64,000 bases of DNA from an uncultured Candidatus Saccharibacteria bacterium (GTDB lineage: Bacteria > Patescibacteriota > Minisyncoccia > Phycocordibacterales > SIBU01), in the NCBI GenBank assembly GCA_964355335.1, contig CAYHDB010000002.1, positions 3,192 to 67,191 of the forward strand, written 5' to 3'. Position numbers and translations under genes: made by a program. Shown one piece after another: positions 48,336-56,799 of the stretch (positions are counted from its first letter, which is position 1; every line of letters begins with the position of its first letter). The notes beneath the pieces were generated by a model. It was not told the origin of the DNA. It saw only the letters and a program-made list of their open reading frames with translations, and searched no databases.

Positions 48336-48417
48336 TGTCGATATATTTGACAACAAATTATCTATATAATTAAAGATACTTTACTGTATTCTACAATAGT
48401 TGTCGACATATTTGACA
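48336..48417. promoter_or_regulatory. Two 17-bp palindromic operators in a divergent promoter region
   Basis: TGTCGATATATTTGACA (48336-48352) and TGTCGACATATTTGACA (48401-48417). Confidence 0.65.
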
Positions 48418-48480
48418 TATTGTGAAATAAAATGCTAATATAGTCAATAGAAACGAGCGGAAGTTCCTTAACACAAATCT

Positions 48481-48511
48481 GGCTTTATTCAGGTGTGCCA
48501 TTGAACACTAG
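48481..48511 (+). promoter_or_regulatory. Conserved 31-nt leader motif (copy 1)
   Basis: GGCTTTATTCAGGTGTGCCATTGAACACTAG. Confidence 0.7.
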
Positions 48512-48524
48512 AAGAAGGGTAAAT

Positions 48525-48884
48525 ATGAGACATAATAATTCCGGATTACAGTTGTCTGACGGTGAAGAGTGGTGTTCTCGAAGAGATGATGAGATCTTAA
48601 GTTGGACGGAGGCTACCGAAAAAGTTGCTCAAGATCCAACCTTACGTTTTCCTCATTATGACGATTTGATCAATGCGGAAGAGGAGGCTAAAAAAAATCC
48701 GGCACTACGGATAAAATTCAATGATCTGAGGTCCGGGGAGTATTGGAGTGTATCCTCTGAAAGGAATGACCCAAATTCGTCATTTGCATGTGTCGTTACC
48801 AAGGACCACCGACACTACGAGTCTCATCACGAAAAAAAACGTAAATATTGGGTAAGGTTTATTCGAAGAGTGGTTCAAACGTAA
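48525..48884 (+). CDS. Hypothetical protein, weakly DUF1566-like
   Basis: LSW.EA...RFP...L...YWS...K..K.WVRFIR; followed by a terminator at 48893-48917. Confidence 0.55.
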   Translation: MRHNNSGLQLSDGEEWCSRRDDEILSWTEATEKVAQDPTLRFPHYDDLINAEEEAKKNPALRIKFNDLRSGEYWSVSSERNDPNSSFACVVTKDHRHYESHHEKKRKYWVRFIRRVVQT

Positions 48885-48951
48885 AAATCATCAAACCGCA
48901 TCATTGTGATGCGGTTTTCCTTTTTTAAGTTGGTGTAGTACTCTACTAATA

Positions 48952-49254
48952 ATGTCCAAACAATTTATCAGAACAATTGAGGATTTCACGTGCGAACATT
49001 GTGGTGTCGATGTGAAAGGTAACGGCTACACCAATCACTGCCCGAAATGTTTGTGGAGTAAGCACGTGGATATAAATCCGGGGGATAGAGCAGAAAGGTG
49101 TGGGGGATTGATGGAACCCATCGGAGGAGCCAAGGTTAGTAAGGGATACATGCTTACGCACCGGTGCGTAAAATGTGGTTTTGAAAAAAGAAATTCGTTA
49201 AAACCCGAGGATGATTTCGATGTATTTCTAACTCTTGCCGGAAAGCTTTCGTAG
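48952..49254 (+). CDS. RNHCP domain zinc-binding protein
   Basis: FTCEHCG...TNHCPKCLWSKHVD..PGDR...CGGLM.P. Confidence 0.88.
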   Translation: MSKQFIRTIEDFTCEHCGVDVKGNGYTNHCPKCLWSKHVDINPGDRAERCGGLMEPIGGAKVSKGYMLTHRCVKCGFEKRNSLKPEDDFDVFLTLAGKLS

Positions 49255-49327
49255 GCGCTCGGTTCCTCTCAACCTTTTCAAAGGGGGAGATTGAGAGGGG
49301 GTGAGTAGAACATTTTATAACCACCTC

Positions 49328-50146
49328 TCATTCCTCTTTTTGGAAAGTAGGGGAGGTAGAGACATCTGATTTTAGCGAAGCGTCGAGCCGTTTCGCCTCT
49401 GCCCACGCCAGCTCGTAGATTTTTTTCATAGCGTCCGCGATTTCCGCGCTTTCGATGATGACTCCTAGCTTCTCGCGCCACGAGGCAATCATGATTTTGT
49501 TGTCGTAGATGTTTATTTCTGGGGAAAAATAATATTTGTCCGGCGGGACAAACGCTATCTCGCGTTTTTCTTCCGCGTCGAGCGCCCTACGCTCTTCACC
49601 CATTGGCGTTTTTGGAGCGATGGCGCGAATAGCAATATTTTTCTCCGCTCGGCGTTTGTAATACGAGGGAAAATAATTTGGCAGGCCCTTGTGCATGTCG
49701 TCTACTGTTGCATATGCTCGAATCGACTCGGTCGAGGTGAGCGTATCTTCATACACATGCCGTAATCCTTCCGTGCCCTCGTAAAATTTTATTTTCGGTC
49801 GGTTCTGTTTGGCATGAAGCAAGTTTAATTCCGGAATCAAAGCTTCGGCTTTTTTGATATGCTCGGATGTCTGCTCCGCCACTTTTTTCAAGAATGCAAT
49901 GATCGCCTCCGGCGGTTCGGCGGCAAATTCCGATTTTGGTTCCTTGCCGGAAATGGTAACGAGTCCTTTGTTTGCTAGGGAACTCAAAATGTCGTAGCCG
50001 GTCGTTCTATTGATGCCAGCCTTTCGGCTGATTTGAGTGACCGTGCCTTTGCCGAGTTCCAGCAATGCAACGTAAACAGTCGTCTCCTTTTCGCCGAAAC
50101 CAAAACTCCGCAAAGTCATTTTCAATTGTTCGTTCGGGTCTTTCAT
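49328..50146 (-). CDS. TrmB-family regulator (3)
   Basis: GFGEKETTVYVALLELG...AGINRTTGY..L..L..KGLV, IKFYEG, EINIYDNK. Confidence 0.9.
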   Translation of the reverse strand: MKDPNEQLKMTLRSFGFGEKETTVYVALLELGKGTVTQISRKAGINRTTGYDILSSLANKGLVTISGKEPKSEFAAEPPEAIIAFLKKVAEQTSEHIKKAEALIPELNLLHAKQNRPKIKFYEGTEGLRHVYEDTLTSTESIRAYATVDDMHKGLPNYFPSYYKRRAEKNIAIRAIAPKTPMGEERRALDAEEKREIAFVPPDKYYFSPEINIYDNKIMIASWREKLGVIIESAEIADAMKKIYELAWAEAKRLDASLKSDVSTSPTFQKEE

Positions 50147-50157
50147 GTTTTGTTTTT

Positions 50158-50237
50158 CCTCCCCTTCTTGCGAAGGAGGGGAAAGAGGGGTGGTTACGAC
50201 CCATCCTCAATCCTCCCCTTCGAAAGGGGAGGAGAAT
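50158..50237. repeat. DUF559-family palindromic repeat in the TrmB 5' region
   Basis: CCCCTTCTTGCGAAGGAGGGG...CCTCAATCCTCCCCTTCGAAAGGGGAGGA; a related copy at ~49265-49360 overlaps the 3' end of the gene. Confidence 0.7.
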
Positions 50238-50620
50238 TAAGGTGAAGTATACTCCCAATCCATTTTGTGTCAATCTTTTTCGACAAAAATATGCTCATAT
50301 TCTTAAATATATTGATAAATATGGCGTTATTAAACATATTATTGACGATATTTATTGACAATAGGGTCTAGAAATGTTACGATTATGTCAGAAAGATACG
50401 AATCGTCTCGACAGGCTCGAGATAAACAAGTTCTTTGAAACCTGCTTGCTGAAGTCATAGGTTTAGTCATCTTCGACAGATGAATAGTGCGCGGGTTCGA
50501 AACCGCCCACTTATCATCTGTCGAGTGAGGCATGTGTCATCCTGAATCGGCTTGAAAACCCGAGCAGAATTGAAAAGTGTAAATCCGCATTTTTCTTCAC
50601 GAAACGGATGAACCAAATTT

Positions 50621-51232
50621 ATGACAACAACCAAAACCGCCGTCGCGTCCCAAACTCCGATCGACTTTCCGGTGTGGAAGACGATTAAGGTAGGTACATT
50701 TAAGAGTATGGACGACGCGGAGAATGCTCTCCGAGCAGCCAAAGTCCTCTTCGAGGAATTTGGTTCAGTACGCCCACTCCTCCGTCATCCGATGTTCAAA
50801 CTTGAGATGGTCGAGAGGGAAATCGATCTCATCAAGGTTACCGGAGAAGAGCTTGGGGTGGAGTCGGAGGTATTCTACTCTCGAGATCTACATACGAAGA
50901 TTGGTGGTGCACTGAGATTTTGTCCTGACGAAACAGCTTTTCAGCTTCGTCTGCAATATCTTGATCAACCCGAGAGTGAGAAGTTGGTTATTTACTCGCA
51001 ACCTTTTCCTCTCGATGACACTGATTCACTTCGAGGCGATTGGACTTGCGGCGGGTTATTTAGTGTCAACAATTATCGCCCACTACCAATATCAAGTGGC
51101 CGCCTTGTCCAAGATGAATCTGGACAAGTATTGAAACTCCCATACACCCTGAATTTAGGGCACGAGTCGACTGGTCAGTACAAAAATATGACACTAGTCC
51201 TTGTGAAGCCTCGTAGGGAGAAATGGCAGTAG
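50621..51232 (+). CDS. Hypothetical protein (CPR accessory family)
   Basis: WKTIKVG...EIDLIKVT..ELG...CP.E....LRLQY.DQP. Confidence 0.65.
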   Translation: MTTTKTAVASQTPIDFPVWKTIKVGTFKSMDDAENALRAAKVLFEEFGSVRPLLRHPMFKLEMVEREIDLIKVTGEELGVESEVFYSRDLHTKIGGALRFCPDETAFQLRLQYLDQPESEKLVIYSQPFPLDDTDSLRGDWTCGGLFSVNNYRPLPISSGRLVQDESGQVLKLPYTLNLGHESTGQYKNMTLVLVKPRREKWQ

Positions 51233-51368
51233 GTCTGCCACGCGCATAAGAGAAGGCGCATCACAAGCTTCTCACTTCCCATCGCACATCAAAACTGCGA
51301 TGGGAAATCTATCAAGCTCGCAACAGTGAAGTTGTTGGCTTGAAGATTTAGTTCTTTACAACCAAATA

Positions 51369-51399
51369 GGCTTTAAGCAGGTGTGCCATTGAACACCAG
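51369..51399 (+). promoter_or_regulatory. Conserved 31-nt leader motif (copy 2)
   Basis: GGCTTTAAGCAGGTGTGCCATTGAACACCAG. Confidence 0.7.
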
Positions 51400-51414
51400 T
51401 TCAGAAAGGTAACT

Positions 51415-52236
51415 ATGAATACGACCAAAACTGCCGCTACTCAACCCAAAGTTAAACTCTGGGGACCAATAATCGCAGACCTCGCTCTTCAGCGGTTTGA
51501 AGATATTTTGGAGGAGGGGAATTCTGAACATATCATGAATATTCTGGAAAACCCAGACCGGTATTCCTCTTCCGGCCCATATTTTGCGGCGAATTGTTTT
51601 CTTCGGTTGCCATCCAGACTACAACAGGGCAACAAACACATTACTGACGAAATGCTCGAGGCTTCCATTGTCGGGTTCATTGAGTCATTCAATGAAATCT
51701 ATTGGGAGGAATGGCTTGAATGGACATCGCTCGTTATCGGCAGTGGTGCGGGGTGGAGGCACAGTCTATATCCCGAGGACCAAACGCGAGACACGATTCT
51801 GAAAAAATATCTCAAAACACTTTATTGCAAAGTTTTTGAGACGGTACTCAAGCATCTGGATAGCCCTTGGTTGAAAAGCAAGAATCACCAAGGAATGTTG
51901 GGAGTCTACGTCGGTTCCTTCATGAAATATAGCCAATGGGATGAGTGCCCCGCTGATTATGGCATTACCAAAGAGGTGCTGCCACTCTGTAATTACATAT
52001 ACGCGACTTACCTTCCTCGATTGGAAATTGGAAGGTTCTCTTCTCGAGTTGCCTATCTCGAATGGAAACTCAAAGGGTACGAACTCCGATTCAAGGAGGA
52101 AGGAAAGGTCACTATATGGAATGGTGAGGACTTGAATGGGACGACTCTCGATGAAGTCGTCGAAAGGCTTCAGAAGGAGTGGGAGGCTTGCAAGTCTGAA
52201 TTGGAAGAAGCTCGCAAGCAGGAAAATCGGCAGTAG
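51415..52236 (+). CDS. Hypothetical protein
   Basis: 273-aa ORF with AAAGGT RBS-like sequence. Confidence 0.65.
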   Translation: MNTTKTAATQPKVKLWGPIIADLALQRFEDILEEGNSEHIMNILENPDRYSSSGPYFAANCFLRLPSRLQQGNKHITDEMLEASIVGFIESFNEIYWEEWLEWTSLVIGSGAGWRHSLYPEDQTRDTILKKYLKTLYCKVFETVLKHLDSPWLKSKNHQGMLGVYVGSFMKYSQWDECPADYGITKEVLPLCNYIYATYLPRLEIGRFSSRVAYLEWKLKGYELRFKEEGKVTIWNGEDLNGTTLDEVVERLQKEWEACKSELEEARKQENRQ

Positions 52237-52413
52237 GCCAGAACACTTACCTTCGGAAAAGTAAGTAATGGGTAAATCTGCCGAGGGCTTCGGAGAAATG
52301 CCTATCACAAACTCCAATCCTACACAGAAATGTGTGGGATTTTATTTTGAAAAAAATACGGAAACAGCAAGGTTCGACCTTTTCCCGATTTAAGGTTGAG
52401 CCTTCGAAAACTT

Positions 52414-53625
52414 TTATTTATTTTTAGAATCCAGTTCGTCGGTTAAGAGTTTTGTGAGAGTTGGCAAGGTTTGCTCGTCGAAGTTTTTTGAGAATACCGA
52501 AAGATCGGTGGCAAAGAGGGAATTGAGTGTAAGGCCTGTTTCTTCGGACAGGATACGGTTGATATGAGGAATAGAAATGGCATCGAGTTCGCGGTCGGAT
52601 GTCATCTTTGCGTCGGTCGAGGTGACGATGATGCCGAGAAGTTTTCCATTACCGCTGATAGCTCCACCACCTGATGAGCCGTGCTGGGCGACGGGACTTC
52701 CTCCGAGACCAAATGCGTCCAATTCCTGGACACCTTCTTTAAATGTGTAGAGTTTGCCAATATTAACCACGCTAGATACGGCATAAAGCTCTCGCTGGAT
52801 TGCGATTCCGCCCAAAAACCCAGCTGGGTAACCGGCAAGAATCACCTGGTTTCCCGAATCTATGTCCATCTCTGTGCTGTCGGGTGATATAGATGGGTAA
52901 CTTATCGGTAAATTGATGTCGGAGTTTGTGCTCCCTGTGATTTGAAGAAGGGCAAAATCATTCTCTCCTGTCCCTGTCGGTTTTTGACTAGTAATTTGCT
53001 GATAATTTTTCTCCATCCACTTTTTCGAGATATAAAATACTTTCAATGTGTAAGAGGGGACTGCGGGGCTTCCCGTACGGGCAATGCAGTTTAGAAAGTT
53101 TTTTTGTCGATAATTTTGGATAAGAAGATATTGGGCGACGTGGGCGTTTGTAAGGATAATTCCTCGTGGGTCAATGATGACTCCCGAGCCGGACAAGGGT
53201 TCGAATAGGCCACCTGTCGTTGAGGTACAGAGAATGTTTACAATTGCCTTGCGGGCCATTGTGTTTATTTCAGAAAAATTTGGAGGTGGGGGTGCAATGA
53301 TCGGTGTAGGCGTTGAAACTAGGGGAGTACTCGTCGGGGTATTTCGAACTTCACTTTTAATGTCGGTATTTATTTCAACCTTAGGTTTCGGACTGATCGG
53401 TAAAGTTTTTTTCGGTTTTATTTCAGTCGAAGTAGTCGTCGCAGTCTTTTCCTCTGATTGTGTTTGTTTTTCCTTAGCGGTAGTGGTAGCTATCGTGTCA
53501 GTAATCACAGTTTTGATCGGTCCCGTGTTCTCAATGTTTGATACAGAAACGGAAGGGGATGTCGCTGAGATAGTTGCGATGCCAATCAACACTAAAATTA
53601 TTCCGATAAGCTTTGCAAGCATCAT
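52414..53625 (-). CDS. Membrane-anchored trypsin-like serine protease
   Basis: GSGVII, LTNAHV (His), DFALL (Asp), GSSGG (Ser); Thr/Pro-rich linker. Confidence 0.85.
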   Translation of the reverse strand: MMLAKLIGIILVLIGIATISATSPSVSVSNIENTGPIKTVITDTIATTTAKEKQTQSEEKTATTTSTEIKPKKTLPISPKPKVEINTDIKSEVRNTPTSTPLVSTPTPIIAPPPPNFSEINTMARKAIVNILCTSTTGGLFEPLSGSGVIIDPRGIILTNAHVAQYLLIQNYRQKNFLNCIARTGSPAVPSYTLKVFYISKKWMEKNYQQITSQKPTGTGENDFALLQITGSTNSDINLPISYPSISPDSTEMDIDSGNQVILAGYPAGFLGGIAIQRELYAVSSVVNIGKLYTFKEGVQELDAFGLGGSPVAQHGSSGGGAISGNGKLLGIIVTSTDAKMTSDRELDAISIPHINRILSEETGLTLNSLFATDLSVFSKNFDEQTLPTLTKLLTDELDSKNK

Positions 53626-53688
53626 ATAATTCTATCACGATGAATTGTTGCTACACCTGTATTTTTCTGTTAGGATTTTGAAGTTATC

Positions 53689-53769
53689 GCCTTCGCGGCT
53701 AGCGGGCTTCGCCCGCCGTAGCTCGCTTCGGCGAGCGAAGGCCCCACTTCACATAAAGTTTCGCGGGGC
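53689..53769. repeat. Stacked GC-rich REP-like hairpins upstream of tRNA-Gly
   Basis: GCCTTCGC...GCGGGCTTCGCCCGC...GCTCGCTTCGGCGAGC-GAAGGC; CCCCACTTCAC...TTCGCGGGG. Confidence 0.55.
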
Positions 53770-53772
53770 AAA

Positions 53773-53843
53773 GCGGGATTAGTTTAATGGTAAAATAACA
53801 GTTTTCCAAACTGTGGTTGGGAGTTCGATTCTCCCATCCCGCA
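53773..53843 (+). tRNA. tRNA-Gly(TCC)
   Basis: GCGGGAT/ATCCCGC; ACAGT-TTTCCAA-ACTGT; GTTCGATTC. Confidence 0.93.
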
Positions 53844-54148
53844 CATCGTAGAAAAAACCGCTCCTGCTCGGAGCGTTTTTTCTTGATGTGCGGGATAGAA
53901 GACGCGGGGGCGTCTTCGTGGGAGAATCGAAGCCCGATTGAGTCGAGCTTCGGCGCGAGCCAATCGGGGTACTGCTCCTGTAAGGAGAGATTCTCATTCT
54001 GTGACGACAAGAGTTTAGTCGCGGGCGATTCTCATTTTTCTGGCGTGGGAGAATCGAAGCCTCGTTGAGCTTATTTTGCGAGCCTTTCGAGGCAAAATAA
54101 CCAACGAGGGTACTGAAACTGTAAGTTTCGATTCTCCCATCCCGCACA
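53844..54148 (+). ncRNA. tRNA-appended structured element (copy 3, two core modules)
   Basis: Antisense tRNA end at 53887-53931, two cores, 22-bp exact tRNA 3' copy at 54127-54148. Confidence 0.7.
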
Positions 54149-54212
54149 ACTTCACAAATAAAAAACGCACACAACAATTACGTTGTGTGCGGTTCGCGGA
54201 CATGCCGCCTTT

Positions 54213-54953
54213 TCAGAAGATGAGCGAAAAGCCCGTTGATACCATTACGTCGCTTGTACGACGGACGAAGTAGTTGGCGGAAACGATATTCATCGTCAGC
54301 CGTTTCGAGATGTTCCAGTTCAGTCCCGCGTTTCCGCGGAAAAAGAAACCAGTGTCGCTCCCGAGTGTTCCGGTATCGTATACGCCGGCGAGGGAAGTGC
54401 TGACGCTCAGCCGGTCTTTCCAGAAGGTTATGCTCTTGCTGGCCGTGAGGCTGAAGAGATTGCCACCCTGGAATCCGCTCTCGGGCATAGTGACATAGTT
54501 CTCGTACCCGAGAGTGAGCGAAAGATGTTTGAAGTCTTTGCCTAGCCGAATGTGTGAGTAGATGATGTCTCCCACGCCGAGTGTGAACGCTTTCGGTTCG
54601 TCGAAGTAGGTGACGCCGACGTGAGCCGTGAGACCTTTTATCGTGCCGTTCCATCCTATTCCATAATCGACTTCATTCCCTAAGCTTCCGTCATCCCACT
54701 TTCCCTTGAAACTTCGTGAGTTCCAAAGGTCAAGGTAGATTCCACTTTTATGAGAGAGGAATAGATCAGTTTGTGCGACAGGAGCTTCGCTCAGTACACT
54801 TCCTATGCTATTCAGGTATTTGTTCGCGATGACAGTCGAAACTGTGACGCTGAAGGGTTGTTGTTGGCCTGCCTCGGCAGGTAAATTTTCCTCTGCCTCG
54901 GTCCGGTTAAGGGCGAGCAAAGCCGTTAGTAGGTTGACAATGAGCTTTTTCAT
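54213..54953 (-). CDS. Putative outer-membrane beta-barrel (TorF/TIGR02001-like)
   Basis: Signal peptide, NKYL..G.V....PVAQ, EVDYGIGW, alternating beta strands, C-terminal Phe. Confidence 0.6.
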   Translation of the reverse strand: MKKLIVNLLTALLALNRTEAEENLPAEAGQQQPFSVTVSTVIANKYLNSIGSVLSEAPVAQTDLFLSHKSGIYLDLWNSRSFKGKWDDGSLGNEVDYGIGWNGTIKGLTAHVGVTYFDEPKAFTLGVGDIIYSHIRLGKDFKHLSLTLGYENYVTMPESGFQGGNLFSLTASKSITFWKDRLSVSTSLAGVYDTGTLGSDTGFFFRGNAGLNWNISKRLTMNIVSANYFVRRTSDVMVSTGFSLIF

Positions 54954-55093
54954 ACAGGTATCAGTCTTTTTCGGTTGTGCAGTTTGACTTCTATGGACCC
55001 ACGATACACGTCATGAGTCCAATAAAGTGGAGAATTTAAGGTTAATTCTCCGGAACCGAGAGTTTTACGATAACCCCCGAACCGAGCAAAGCA

Positions 55094-55759
55094 CTATTCC
55101 TGAACGAGGTATTTGAGAAGCGCAGCCCAGTTCTTGGCCCTGACCGTGTCAGATCGCTTGCTGTACTCTTCGTACGCTAGCGTCTTCGAGAGGTCCTTTG
55201 GATCGAATCGCCCGACCCAGTTCCTCGAATTGGAGAGGAGGACCTTGCTGCCCTCAACCGTGAACGGCGTGGGGATGCTCTCGTGCCTGTTGAAGACGTC
55301 GAAGCAGGCGGAGGCGGGGTGCGAGTGGTGGTCACTGTCGGTGAAGACGGCGACATACTTCGCGCACGTCTTGACTGCGGCCAGTAGTCCGATGAAGATA
55401 CCGACTGGCATCTCCTTGCCGACGAGCGACGCTCCACCTGGACCCTGTTCCTGCCGTGAGGTGGGCACAAGAAGGTCGGTCAGAACGACATCGAAGTTGG
55501 GGTAGGTCGTCGCTTGCTCGTTCGCCACCTTCTCAGCCGCGAAGTAGTCTGCCTTCTTCGCCTCGTCGTCTGAACGATAAGGGTTGAAGTTGCCGAACTG
55601 GCTCTTGAGAGCGGACGAAGCCCCCTCGTGGTCGAACTGTGGCGTGAGCAGCTCCTGCGCCTCGTCGTAGGTGCCGACAACTGTGAGGTCGTGGCCTTTT
55701 AACTGCGCAATGGCGGCGCTTCGATTAATATCGCTATCGTCGAATACAAGGATTTTCAT
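55094..55759 (-). CDS. Receiver-like domain hypothetical protein
   Basis: MKILVFDD...FDVVLTDLLVP with a long insert; GC-richer than its neighbours. Confidence 0.6.
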   Translation of the reverse strand: MKILVFDDSDINRSAAIAQLKGHDLTVVGTYDEAQELLTPQFDHEGASSALKSQFGNFNPYRSDDEAKKADYFAAEKVANEQATTYPNFDVVLTDLLVPTSRQEQGPGGASLVGKEMPVGIFIGLLAAVKTCAKYVAVFTDSDHHSHPASACFDVFNRHESIPTPFTVEGSKVLLSNSRNWVGRFDPKDLSKTLAYEEYSKRSDTVRAKNWAALLKYLVQE

Positions 55760-55770
55760 AGTTTTCTGTA

Positions 55771-55801
55771 CTGGTGTTCAGTGGCACACCTGCGTAAAGC
55801 C
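55771..55801 (-). promoter_or_regulatory. Conserved 31-nt leader motif (copy 3)
   Basis: Reverse complement reads GGCTTTACGCAGGTGTGCCACTGAACACCAG. Confidence 0.7.
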
Positions 55802-55940
55802 GTACGGTTTGGTTGACAGGGTACTGTCTTTTATCTGCAATAATTTTCCCACCCATTTGCAATTATGTCGAATAAATGTTGAAATAAGTATAACAATATT
55901 CAATAATACGGCTCTAATACGTTGTAATTGAGTTAAAAAA

Positions 55941-55980
55941 TGTCAATTTTATTGACATTTGCGATAATTCTGGCTACACT
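55941..55980 (+). promoter_or_regulatory. Operator overlapping the -35 of a leaderless TrmB promoter
   Basis: TGTCAATTTTATTGACA; TTGACA-17-TACACT; ATG 6 nt later. Confidence 0.7.
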
Positions 55981-55986
55981 AGGAAC

Positions 55987-56736
55987 ATGATAGATACCTT
56001 AAAGCTGTTTGGGATTAAGGAAAAGCCCGCGCAGGTATACAATGCATTATTAATTTTAGGTTCGTCTTCGGTCATGGATGTCGCTAAGAGAGCAGGTCTT
56101 AAACGTCCGATGGTGTATATCTATCTCGAAGAACTTTTGGGTGATGGATTTGTGCAGAAAATTACCATTGGTAAAAAAGAATACTATCAAGCGGTTTCGC
56201 CAAAATTTCTAGAGACAAAACTCGAACAAAATCTTTCACAATTAAAAAAGGAAATGCCGGAGTTGGAGTTGCTCCACGAGCAAGGTCAAGGTAGGCCTAA
56301 AGTTTCAGTTTTTGAGGGAGAGGAGGGGGTCAACCTAGTTTATGAAGAAATAAGAAAAACTAAAGAGTTGATGTTTTGGTCCGATCTTTTCGCGGTCGAA
56401 AAACTTTTTCCCGACACGTATCGTAAGATTAATCAGGCGACAATTGAAAACAGTATTTATACTCGAGAGATTATTGCCGATACGGCGGATGCACGGGCGA
56501 GCGCACGACGATGGGTGGTGACAGCGGGGGAACATTATGACTCGCGACTGGCCACGGGACCAATTTATAATGACAGCGTTATTTACGACAATGTCGTGGC
56601 ATTTTTCCGTCTTCAACAGCAAAACTTATTCGTTGTCCGCATTGAGGACCCGACTATTGCTATAACAATGAAAACTATTTACGAGATGGCTTGGCAGGTG
56701 GCAAAGCCATACAGAATTACGGGAACAAAGAAATAA
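55987..56736 (+). CDS. TrmB-family regulator (4)
   Basis: GIKEKPAQVY.ALL.LG...AGLKRPMVY..L..L...GFV, VSVFEG. Confidence 0.87.
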   Translation: MIDTLKLFGIKEKPAQVYNALLILGSSSVMDVAKRAGLKRPMVYIYLEELLGDGFVQKITIGKKEYYQAVSPKFLETKLEQNLSQLKKEMPELELLHEQGQGRPKVSVFEGEEGVNLVYEEIRKTKELMFWSDLFAVEKLFPDTYRKINQATIENSIYTREIIADTADARASARRWVVTAGEHYDSRLATGPIYNDSVIYDNVVAFFRLQQQNLFVVRIEDPTIAITMKTIYEMAWQVAKPYRITGTKK

Positions 56737-56772
56737 ACACAAAACCCACCGAATGGTGGGTTTTGTGTTTAT
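56733..56772. terminator. Bidirectional terminator-like hairpin
   Basis: ATAAACACAAAACCCACC-GAAT-GGTGGGTTTTGTGTTTAT. Confidence 0.7.
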
Positions 56773-56799
56773 CTTGCCTGCGCAGACAAGTAAGAGGGT

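Noticed and set aside
50485-50512. Additional tRNA suggested by GGTTCGAAACC
   Set aside because: No D-arm or anticodon arm; only a T-arm-like hairpin
46420-54148. tRNA 3' duplicates as attR sites of integrated islands
   Set aside because: They lie only ~115-285 bp from the tRNA with no integrase between, and are paired with antisense copies
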